DNA of 64,000 nucleotides from positions 12,497 to 76,496 of the IMG/VR virus record IMGVR_UViG_3300044641_001047; one strand, written 5' to 3'. Of the stretch, positions 40,800 through 49,298 are shown in pieces (within the stretch, counting starts at the first letter, position 1; each line of letters begins with the position of its first letter). The stretch is from a virus. A program made the translations under genes and the position numbers. The notes under the pieces are model-generated. The model was not told where the DNA came from and did not search any database. It was given only the letters and a program-made list of their open reading frames with translations.

Positions 40800-42224
40800 T
40801 TACGATGCAGTACATTGAAGGTCAAGGCTAGTATCGAAACGACGAAGTAGGATACCAGCAGTCTTCAACATATGAACAGAAGCACCGTCTATGTCACTTG
40901 CACGAGTGTCAGTTTCTGTGAATCCTTTTGGAACAACAGAACCTGCTACACACCAGCGCAGAAGTTCACGACCTTTCTTATTTACCATTTGCAGGTTGTT
41001 CTCACCATCATAAGTAGACTGGTCAACAAAAGTCATACGGTAAGACTCAAGTGGAAGACCAGTTACTGGGTGCTTCTTAGAAGCTTGAGCCACAGGACCG
41101 TGATCGAACAAAGGAGATTTAACTACATTAACTCTGTGACCATCTACGTGATCGTAGCTAGTGAAGTAACCAGTAATACCGAGGTTACGACCGCTACCAG
41201 TGATGAACGTAGGTTGAGTGGTCTGGAGGTAAGTGTTTGCACCATAGTATGACTTAAGTGCTTTATCGAATTCACGAGCACCACCAATACCAGTGTACAA
41301 AGTAACTTGCTTGTCAGTAGCATCAGTCATACCATAGAACAAGTCTCCGATAGTCTCCTCAAGTTTAGCTTGAGTAAGAGTAGAGTAAGTGTCTTTGTTG
41401 ATGATCTGCTCAAACAAACCAGGACCAGAGATTACAGGTTGACCGTTCTCATCGAGCATAGTGCTAACACCATTAGCATCGTGAGTCTTCTGGCCATACC
41501 AGTAGTACATTTCACACTCTTCTTTAAACTTAAGCATGTGACGGTACTCTTCGTAATCCATCCACAACTTAGTCTTAGAACCCTCTTTCAAAGGCAATTC
41601 GAACTGAGCTACATAGTCTTTAGCATTTCCAGAGAAGTGGTAAGACTTACGTACAGTACCAATCTTAGAACGAACAAGACCTGGAGCAGTCCAGTTAGAT
41701 GCATTACCACGTGAGAAGTCAATACCCACGTTAGCATACAACATACCCCAAAGAGCACCTGGAGAAGCATCTGCAACAGATACTGAAGCAGTATCAGGAG
41801 ATACAATCTTCAAAGTGTATTTCCAACCAGCACCATCAGCTACTGGCTCGTTCATAATACGAGCAAGAACACCAGACTGAGATACCAAGGTGTAAGGGAA
41901 AATGAACCACTTATCAGGGAAGGTAAGGGTGAATGGGGCACCACCTGCACCAACTGCAGCACCAGGTGCAGCAGAGACAACAGGACGAACATTGATTTCG
42001 TGTGTTTTAACACGATACTCATACTCGAAACGGTCGATAGAACGAGTATTGCCGACACCTTCAGTCAAGAAGGAGAGTGGGAATTTCTTTTCTTCACGAC
42101 CTGCCAAGTGAGTGATAATCGGAGACAACTCCGCTGGACGTTCCATAAGTGCATTTGCCAACGAGTTACTGTCGGTCATCTGCGAATCGTTATAGTACGT
42201 CTTAAGTACTTGCATTAATGACAT
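40800..42224 (-). CDS. Major capsid protein (HK97 fold, crAss-type)
   Basis: 474 aa; TDSNSLANAL, LSFLTEG, GPGLFEQI and TLYTGIGG motifs; follows the acidic scaffold gene and precedes a terminator. Confidence 0.9.
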   Translation of the reverse strand: MSLMQVLKTYYNDSQMTDSNSLANALMERPAELSPIITHLAGREEKKFPLSFLTEGVGNTRSIDRFEYEYRVKTHEINVRPVVSAAPGAAVGAGGAPFTLTFPDKWFIFPYTLVSQSGVLARIMNEPVADGAGWKYTLKIVSPDTASVSVADASPGALWGMLYANVGIDFSRGNASNWTAPGLVRSKIGTVRKSYHFSGNAKDYVAQFELPLKEGSKTKLWMDYEEYRHMLKFKEECEMYYWYGQKTHDANGVSTMLDENGQPVISGPGLFEQIINKDTYSTLTQAKLEETIGDLFYGMTDATDKQVTLYTGIGGAREFDKALKSYYGANTYLQTTQPTFITGSGRNLGITGYFTSYDHVDGHRVNVVKSPLFDHGPVAQASKKHPVTGLPLESYRMTFVDQSTYDGENNLQMVNKKGRELLRWCVAGSVVPKGFTETDTRASDIDGASVHMLKTAGILLRRFDTSLDLQCTAS

Positions 42225-42262
42225 GATTCTATAATTTTAAAAAGTTAATTGTTGTTTAAATC

Positions 42263-43411
42263 TTATTCAAACAGCTTCTTCATATCCAGTTGGTCTGGAT
42301 CAAATTTCTTTGCTTTGCCTTTTTCAATCTTTCCGTAGTTCTTAACTCTCTCTTCGTTACGTTGGATTTTATCTCTCAAGCTCTTTACACTTTCGGTCTT
42401 AGCCTTAGTAGTGATGATATCTTGAAGATTCATTCCTTTGTACATCAAGTAGTCAATAGCCAGTTTAACATCGAGCTCTGAATTAGCATAATCCATGTCT
42501 CTACGTGTTCTGCCTGATTTATCTACAGGTGCGGAAATATAATCAAAGAACTTAGCTTTCTCTTTTTCAGGAATTCTGATTCCAGCAAACTCTTTACCTT
42601 GGTCAATTGTAGAGGCTACATTCTCCCAAAATTCTTGTTGCTGTTTTTCTTGCTCCTGTCTTTCACGTTTCTGTTGCTCTACTATCTGTTCTCTTTCTTT
42701 AGACTGAATAGTAGCTAATTGTTTTTGAGCAACTATTGCTTTGTCATAGAGTTTACCAGAGTCCTCGTAGTCCTCGAGCATATCTTTAATGAACTCTTCA
42801 TCGTGTCCTTTAGTTTTAAAGTATTCAGACACAAATGCTTTTTGAGTTCTTGCATCATTCTGATCGATCTCATATTGAGAGTAATCCAAATTTGGATTAT
42901 AAGCTTGGAAGAACTTTTCAGAATCTCCACCTGCAAGTACAAAGTCAAGATGCTTTTGTACTAGTGGGAATTGCTGAAACAACTCATTAAGCTGATCCTC
43001 TGCAATATTCTGAGCAATGTCTTTAGTAAATTCTACTAAACCTTCCTCAGTATCAGCATACGTATTTTCAATATCGTAACCCAGTGCCTTTGCAATGGAT
43101 TCTGCTACAGACCCAGACTCTTCTGAATCTTCTTCATCAGATTCATCATCATCTTCTTGGTCTTCTCTAGCATACTTTTTTGATTGGAGTTCTTCATCGT
43201 CTTCGTCGTCTTCGTCTGTACGTTTTCTACTGGACTTGGACTCGGGTTCGGACTCGGACTCTGAATCGTCTGATTCTTCTTCTGATTCTTCTTCATTTTC
43301 AAGTTCGTCTTTTGTTGTTTCCTCTTTTTCATCAAGAGTGTTCAGACCATCACCAATAAAATCGTCGAAGGTGATGTCTGCAATGTTCAATTTTTGTTCT
43401 TTGGTTGCCAT
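42263..43411 (-). CDS. Capsid scaffolding protein (acidic)
   Basis: 382 aa; D/E-rich N-terminal third plus coiled coil; immediately upstream of the MCP gene. Confidence 0.7.
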   Translation of the reverse strand: MATKEQKLNIADITFDDFIGDGLNTLDEKEETTKDELENEEESEEESDDSESESEPESKSSRKRTDEDDEDDEELQSKKYAREDQEDDDESDEEDSEESGSVAESIAKALGYDIENTYADTEEGLVEFTKDIAQNIAEDQLNELFQQFPLVQKHLDFVLAGGDSEKFFQAYNPNLDYSQYEIDQNDARTQKAFVSEYFKTKGHDEEFIKDMLEDYEDSGKLYDKAIVAQKQLATIQSKEREQIVEQQKRERQEQEKQQQEFWENVASTIDQGKEFAGIRIPEKEKAKFFDYISAPVDKSGRTRRDMDYANSELDVKLAIDYLMYKGMNLQDIITTKAKTESVKSLRDKIQRNEERVKNYGKIEKGKAKKFDPDQLDMKKLFE

Positions 43412-43416
43412 ATTTA

Positions 43417-43424
43417 CAAAGGTA
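43417..43424 (-). promoter_or_regulatory. Bacteroidota sigma70 -7 element (TACCTTTG)
   Basis: TAnnTTTG match, 5 nt before the scaffold ATG. Confidence 0.6.
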
Positions 43425-43454
43425 TTGGTTTACTTATAGTTAAAAAGTATAAAT

Positions 43455-46400
43455 TTATCTTTTATACTTAGCTTTATTGTATAGCACTCTGTTCTTTAAT
43501 CCCCCCTTAATGTACCTCTTTCTAGAGTCCTCTGGGAGCCCAGATTTCCATTCGTACATAGCTGTTTCTTGTTTAGTTTGGTATGATCCACCCATCTGCT
43601 TTACTGTATAGTTGTCTGCATCTTGATACTCACGTACTCCCCCATCTTTCTTTTTAATAGCCTCAAAAGAGTTATTAAGTTTCTCAACACCATATTGAGG
43701 TAGCATTATATCATTTGTAGCTGGATCTATGTACGGAGGATTAGTTCCTAGATTTAAAGATGTTTTATTCTTACGTTGAATTCTATTCAAGTTTGAGTTT
43801 ACGAACTTCAACACGTCCTCTGTAGACTGTCCAGATTGAGATAAAAATCCAGCACTATTCATTGGTTTATAACCTAGAAATACAGGTTTAGATAAACCTT
43901 GTGTACCAGCATTTTTAAATACAAAGTCCATTTGAGGTAGATATGAGTTATAACTTGTATTTGTAGAACCTGTTATAACCGAACCTACTGGAGCATCTTT
44001 AATATGAGTTTCAATTTGATTCTTTACAAATGAAAGCATATCTTTTTTGTTACTAAAAGATCTAGCATCTAACGAAGGTACTGCCTTAATACTAGCATTA
44101 CTTTCACGTTGTTTAAACAAACCTTTTGCACTTTTATATACATCCCTTAGAGATACGGGATCAAGTTGAATATCTGCAATATTTTGATCTATCCCATACC
44201 AACCATAATCCACCAATCTTTCCAATCTTTCCATGTCTCGATCTGAAATTGTTCTTACAACTTGTGGATTATCAATGGTATTGTTTAGAGTAACATTTCT
44301 TCTAATATATGCAGGAACACTATAATCAGGTCCACCCTCTACACTACTCCATCCAGTTCCAGTTATATCAATCTCTGGCGGAGGAGGGGGGAGCTCTTCA
44401 TTCATATTGATCATATCCTCAAAGTTTGCATCGTAGTCAGCTTCTGACATCCTCTGTGGTTGTATTTCAGATCTATTACTAAATCTACGTAGATCTATTC
44501 TCCGTGGATCTGGGCTAGATACTATATTTTCTATTTTTTCTGGCTCTGCCTGGTGTGGATGGTGAATTATTTCTTCTCTACTTACTCCAAAAATCTGACG
44601 AATCTCGTCATCTGTCAGTGATGATTTTGTTACAAATTGCTTAATAGCTTCTTCTTTATTAGCACTATTGTACGCTGTTAATGACATCCCTTCATCTATT
44701 TGCTTTAATCTTGAAAATTCTTCAGGGGTAAGAACATTAGTTAACTCAGCTTTTTTAGGAGATGCTGCAAAAATTCCTTGTTTATATTTTAAAAAATCAT
44801 CTAAGCCTCTTATTCCTTTTTTGTAAGTCTTTTTTGTAGCATTTCCTATGCCCCCAAATATTTCATCTCCAGTAAGAAATAAAGGATCTGTACCAGCAGT
44901 CATTACCCCGCTAGCAATGGAAGCTTCTGTAGGAGATGTACCTGCAAGATCACTACTTACAAAATAGGGAGAGGGTGTACGTCCTTTAACTGCATCTAGA
45001 AATTCTCCTTTCACTGCTCCTCTTACTAAGTTTCCAGGGTATTCAAAAGGAGCAGCTAAGTTTCCAAGAGTCTCAAGATTAAGGTCAAGATTAAGTTTTG
45101 GGGAACTTGATGGTGTAGGTACTAAGTCTTTAAGGCCTGTAACAAATCTTGCTCCTACAGAAGGCTCAAATCTGTTAGCATACTCAGACTTTTTTATAAA
45201 CTTTATTTGCTCAGGAGTAAGATTTTCTGGATCTTCTTTTAGATATTGTTTAGCTAATGTATTATAGGCAAATTGATTTGCTCTTTTAATTACATTCTTT
45301 CTATCATATCCTAGCTTATCATACCAATGTCTAAAGAACTTTTTATCTTTAGCAATATACTCATCCCGTAACTTATTCCTTTCTATTTCTTCAGCTGTCC
45401 AGTCAGGAGTTATAGTTACTTCTGGCTGACTGTATTGTGCCTCATATGTACCTTCCTCAGTCTCTGATTCAAAGAAAGGTTGGTCAGGATCTCTTCTTTT
45501 ACTCCCAGTTTGATACTTACGTATTCCTCCAGAGTTAAATTTTATTTTTTTAGACACATATAAATCAGATGGAACTCCTTCAATAGGTCTCCACACTCCT
45601 GAAAGTTTTTCATCTTCTTTTGCATAGTGTGTAAACTTTCCCTCAGGCCCATATTCCTTTACACTGTAAGGAGACTTATCATAGACTTTTCGGTATTTAG
45701 GATTTAAATCTGATACTGTGTACTCACGAACAAGTTTATCTTTTGATTGGTCAGCTTTAGTTAAATCTACATCCTTATAAGCAATAGGTTTTAATTGCTC
45801 ATATACTGGCTCCTCTGTCGGTTTTTTATATTTTTTTAAACTATAATCACTCCCACTTGCAGTTTTAAATCTGTAAACTCCTACTGATCTAGCATTTTTA
45901 GCATCGAAGTTATAATACTGGTCTTCTACATCTTTTCTGCTAATATTTAATCCAAAACTCTTCCATTTTTTATAATCTTCATCTATAGCTTGGTCATTAG
46001 TAAGCTCTCTATATGGCGTCGAAGTATCTATTAGTGTCCCTAAGTCTGTTTTCTTTTCTTTTAATATTTTTTTAAGCCCTTTTGTTGTAAAATTATAAGT
46101 ATCTAAACTATCATTATAAGCTCGATTAGCTTCTGCAAATTTTAAGGGATCGTTATAGATTTTTTGATGAAATCCTCCTTTCTGCATTCTAGCAGGAGAT
46201 TCAATTACTGTTCCTTCGTAAGGCCCAGTAGGAAGATTAGCTATCCCAGGAGGGACAGCTTTATAAGACTCTACTAAGTTACCTTGATTATCAATCTTAT
46301 CTATATTGATAGGGACTTTCATCCCCATAGTATTAAAACTCTGCCCAGGTTGCACATTAGGGAAGGCCATAGATTGGTTAATTTGCCCTTGTTCGTGATA

Positions 46401-46601
46401 CGGGCGTAATCCTTGCCCTTGTTCTTCTGGAGTTTGAGCAACTTGCATTTGAGGCTGCATAGCAGCTTGTTGTTGCTGATTTACAAACTCCCCAATTAAA
46501 TCTCTACCTTGCTCGTAAGCAGTAAAAGCATCTAAGATACTACCAGGATATCCAGTAGATCTAGCTCTATCTAATAACTGTCTTCTGGTAGAGTTATCCA
46601 T
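43455..46601 (-). CDS. Large mosaic protein, probably internal virion, punctuated by x-x-GG motifs
   Basis: 1048 aa; RMQKGG, KFNSGG, KKDGG, KQMGG, YIKGG; located between the portal and scaffold genes. Confidence 0.6.
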   Translation of the reverse strand: MDNSTRRQLLDRARSTGYPGSILDAFTAYEQGRDLIGEFVNQQQQAAMQPQMQVAQTPEEQGQGLRPYHEQGQINQSMAFPNVQPGQSFNTMGMKVPINIDKIDNQGNLVESYKAVPPGIANLPTGPYEGTVIESPARMQKGGFHQKIYNDPLKFAEANRAYNDSLDTYNFTTKGLKKILKEKKTDLGTLIDTSTPYRELTNDQAIDEDYKKWKSFGLNISRKDVEDQYYNFDAKNARSVGVYRFKTASGSDYSLKKYKKPTEEPVYEQLKPIAYKDVDLTKADQSKDKLVREYTVSDLNPKYRKVYDKSPYSVKEYGPEGKFTHYAKEDEKLSGVWRPIEGVPSDLYVSKKIKFNSGGIRKYQTGSKRRDPDQPFFESETEEGTYEAQYSQPEVTITPDWTAEEIERNKLRDEYIAKDKKFFRHWYDKLGYDRKNVIKRANQFAYNTLAKQYLKEDPENLTPEQIKFIKKSEYANRFEPSVGARFVTGLKDLVPTPSSSPKLNLDLNLETLGNLAAPFEYPGNLVRGAVKGEFLDAVKGRTPSPYFVSSDLAGTSPTEASIASGVMTAGTDPLFLTGDEIFGGIGNATKKTYKKGIRGLDDFLKYKQGIFAASPKKAELTNVLTPEEFSRLKQIDEGMSLTAYNSANKEEAIKQFVTKSSLTDDEIRQIFGVSREEIIHHPHQAEPEKIENIVSSPDPRRIDLRRFSNRSEIQPQRMSEADYDANFEDMINMNEELPPPPPEIDITGTGWSSVEGGPDYSVPAYIRRNVTLNNTIDNPQVVRTISDRDMERLERLVDYGWYGIDQNIADIQLDPVSLRDVYKSAKGLFKQRESNASIKAVPSLDARSFSNKKDMLSFVKNQIETHIKDAPVGSVITGSTNTSYNSYLPQMDFVFKNAGTQGLSKPVFLGYKPMNSAGFLSQSGQSTEDVLKFVNSNLNRIQRKNKTSLNLGTNPPYIDPATNDIMLPQYGVEKLNNSFEAIKKKDGGVREYQDADNYTVKQMGGSYQTKQETAMYEWKSGLPEDSRKRYIKGGLKNRVLYNKAKYKR

Positions 46602-47008
46602 TAAGACAAGAATTTAAGTTTATATTTAGCAGAGTTAAGAGCAGACTTGATGTTATCTAAATCGTTAACTATCTCAGAGAACTCACATCCGTCTTGAACT
46701 CTAGTTATTTTAGTATGCAATTGATCAATATAATTAATTGCATCTTTTACTGACCTCATAGTTGGGGCAGATATATTATCTGGGTAATCTGGAATTGTAC
46801 CAGTTGCTCCTTGATATCCTTCGGCTACTGCATCTGCAAGTCCTGGGAGTGCATCATAAAGTTCGTTAAGTGCTTTGTGTGCAGCATAAGAACCTGCCCC
46901 TGTTACTGTTAGATGTAAAACGTGGAACTTAGTTGCAGCATCCATCAATTCTACGGCTAATGCTGGGATAGATTCTTTTTTAGATTTCATCTTTTCTATA
47001 TAGCTCAT
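46601..47008 (-). CDS. Ferritin/Dps-like four-helix protein (DUF5856-like)
   Basis: 135 aa; FHVLHL...SYAAHKALNELYD...DAVAEGYQG...KYKLKFL. Confidence 0.7.
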   Translation of the reverse strand: MSYIEKMKSKKESIPALAVELMDAATKFHVLHLTVTGAGSYAAHKALNELYDALPGLADAVAEGYQGATGTIPDYPDNISAPTMRSVKDAINYIDQLHTKITRVQDGCEFSEIVNDLDNIKSALNSAKYKLKFLS

Positions 47009-49212
47009 TCTGCTAGATTTTGGTTAGCCTTCATTTCAATTTCTTTTTCTTTTAAGGCTAATTGTTGTTGTTTAATTTGAAAGTCCTGCATCATCTTTTC
47101 AAGATTATTGCTAGTTGACTTATCTTGTGCTTCAGCTGCAATCAAAGCTTTCTCAATCTCTAGCTGTCTATCTTTTTCTTTATCTAAAGCTGCTTGCTGA
47201 ACTTGTTGTTGTTGTAGCTGTAACTCTGCTTGCTGTTGTTGCTGTTGAGCTTGCTCTTGTGCCTTTCTCAATTCGTCAGCTTGCTTTTCAGCTTGCTTAA
47301 TCTTATCCTTAATTTGAGAGAAGCTATCACTTTCAAATATAGATATAACTGTTGACATAGGTACACCGTTCTGTACAGCTGCTTGTGCCAAGCCTTCAAT
47401 CTTCTGTTTCTTCTCTGCATCTTTCCCTGCATCAGAAACAAATATTCCGTACTCTGCCTCCATGTGAGTTACTGGTTCTACATCAATCTCGTCCATACTG
47501 CCATCAGGCATTACGTACATAGCCTTCTTTCCATTGAGCCAAGCCTCCTTTGAGTAATCCAAAAGTCCTTGGAGCTCTCTTCTTTCAAAGTTAGCAAATT
47601 TTCTAAAGATATCCTCTGTAATGTGAGAAGACTGCACAATGCTCTGCTGAGACGTAGCTTTTCCTTCATAAGAACTCATTTGGCCCTGTCTCTGCCTAGT
47701 CACTCCACTAACTTTCTCCCACTCGACCATAATAGACTCTAGCAAGGTAAGGTATTGAGATATCGTCTTAATAGACATATCTAATACTGACTGATGCTGA
47801 GGAGATAACTGAATTCCTTCTTTGTTGTAATCTACCCAAGCTATACCTGTACCCTCTACAAAATACATGAACTTATCCATGTCCCAGTTCTTAGGGATCA
47901 TGTTAATGTCGAACTGAGCAATGATATCTTTACTACGTGCAATAGCTAGTTCAAGACGGTATTTGTAAATATTGTAATTGAGCTGATAAGCTATTCCTAA
48001 GCTTACCAAAGAAATACTCTGAGAGTTAATGTCAGAGTATTTTCTTCCATTGATTGGGAGTTTACATCTAGAAGGATTGTCTAAGCTGCTTCGTTGGTTC
48101 TTATATGGACGAACATTGATGAAGAATCTTCTATCAATTCTAGTTCCCTCCCATACTTCGTTTACCCACTCCCATTCCATCTTAGCATTAAGATCTTTGA
48201 GTTCTTGAGGTAATTTGTATCCCTCTTCTACGTCAAACATCTCAGTATTTCCTGTATTAGGATCGTCATAAGTCACAAATCCAATACGCTTCCTACTCTT
48301 CCAGTAAACCGTTATTATCTCAATTAACCTATTACGGTATATGTTGTCATCTGCTCCACTTGCTTCTGCTCTATACAAGAGATAAGCTTCAGCTGATGTA
48401 TGTGTTGGAGATTCTAACTCAAGAACCTGCTCATCAGATAAGTATTCCCCAAATATGTCAATGATGGTAGATGCGTGAGAATATTTTCTAATGATGGCCC
48501 AGTCGGCATCTTCAACAAAATCGATGTCAGGATCTTTGTCATAGTCGATATCTAAAGGATTAACTACTTCGTAAAATACTTCATCTCTTCTTACCCCCTT
48601 ATGTGAATATGTCTCCCCTGTAACCAGGAAGTGGAAGAACAGCTTTTGAAATTTATCATATACTTCATTGTAGTACATCATATAATTCAAGGCCGCCTGC
48701 CCCATCACTGCTCTGTGGTCTACATAACTTCTTTCAAATTCCTCTGCTACTTGTTTTGGGAGAGGGGGCTCTTGCTGCTCTGGGAGTTCTACCTCTTGTT
48801 GTTTAGCTAGCTCAGCTAGGAACTTAGCCTTAAGGTTAGATAAGATTAAGTTCTTCAATGCCTCTTCTTTCATACTGATTGAATCAGCATTCTGCACAGT
48901 AACCGTGTACTCTAAAGGACGTTTAGACTTCTCCCCAAGCAACAGATCGATGATGGGCTTAATGATCGGGTAGTTACGGAGCTTTGATGGAAAGTGGCTT
49001 CTAGTTTTGCCATAGGGTTTAAGGACATAGTTGTAGTCCTCCTCGTCGATTACCCCGTTATAGTAATCATATAGAGATTTAAGGTAGCTGCGTCGTTCGC
49101 TAATGCCAAACTTAGATAGGTTAATAAAGGCATTGACACAGTCTTCTTTCCACTTGTCATCTTTCTGAGAGAAGGGGATTCGTTGCTTGGGGATTGTAGC
49201 TTGTCCGAACAT
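47005..49212 (-). CDS. Portal protein
   Basis: 735 aa; NYPIIKPIIDLLLGE, WEWVNEVWEG and SGVTRQRQG motifs; Q-rich coiled-coil tail; downstream of terL. Confidence 0.9.
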   Translation of the reverse strand: MFGQATIPKQRIPFSQKDDKWKEDCVNAFINLSKFGISERRSYLKSLYDYYNGVIDEEDYNYVLKPYGKTRSHFPSKLRNYPIIKPIIDLLLGEKSKRPLEYTVTVQNADSISMKEEALKNLILSNLKAKFLAELAKQQEVELPEQQEPPLPKQVAEEFERSYVDHRAVMGQAALNYMMYYNEVYDKFQKLFFHFLVTGETYSHKGVRRDEVFYEVVNPLDIDYDKDPDIDFVEDADWAIIRKYSHASTIIDIFGEYLSDEQVLELESPTHTSAEAYLLYRAEASGADDNIYRNRLIEIITVYWKSRKRIGFVTYDDPNTGNTEMFDVEEGYKLPQELKDLNAKMEWEWVNEVWEGTRIDRRFFINVRPYKNQRSSLDNPSRCKLPINGRKYSDINSQSISLVSLGIAYQLNYNIYKYRLELAIARSKDIIAQFDINMIPKNWDMDKFMYFVEGTGIAWVDYNKEGIQLSPQHQSVLDMSIKTISQYLTLLESIMVEWEKVSGVTRQRQGQMSSYEGKATSQQSIVQSSHITEDIFRKFANFERRELQGLLDYSKEAWLNGKKAMYVMPDGSMDEIDVEPVTHMEAEYGIFVSDAGKDAEKKQKIEGLAQAAVQNGVPMSTVISIFESDSFSQIKDKIKQAEKQADELRKAQEQAQQQQQQAELQLQQQQVQQAALDKEKDRQLEIEKALIAAEAQDKSTSNNLEKMMQDFQIKQQQLALKEKEIEMKANQNLAE

Positions 49213-49217
49213 TAATA

Positions 49218-49225
49218 CAAAAGTA
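49218..49225 (-). promoter_or_regulatory. Bacteroidota sigma70 -7 element (TACTTTTG)
   Basis: TAnnTTTG match, 5 nt before the portal ATG. Confidence 0.6.
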
Positions 49226-49298
49226 GGTTTGTTTTACAGCGGGTCTTTAAAATAAGTTGATTTGTGATGTTGTTTATTATATCACACTCTTACTTCTC

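Noticed and set aside
43130-43330. Short tandem-like repeats in the scaffold gene
   Set aside because: Explained by D/E/S low-complexity coding.
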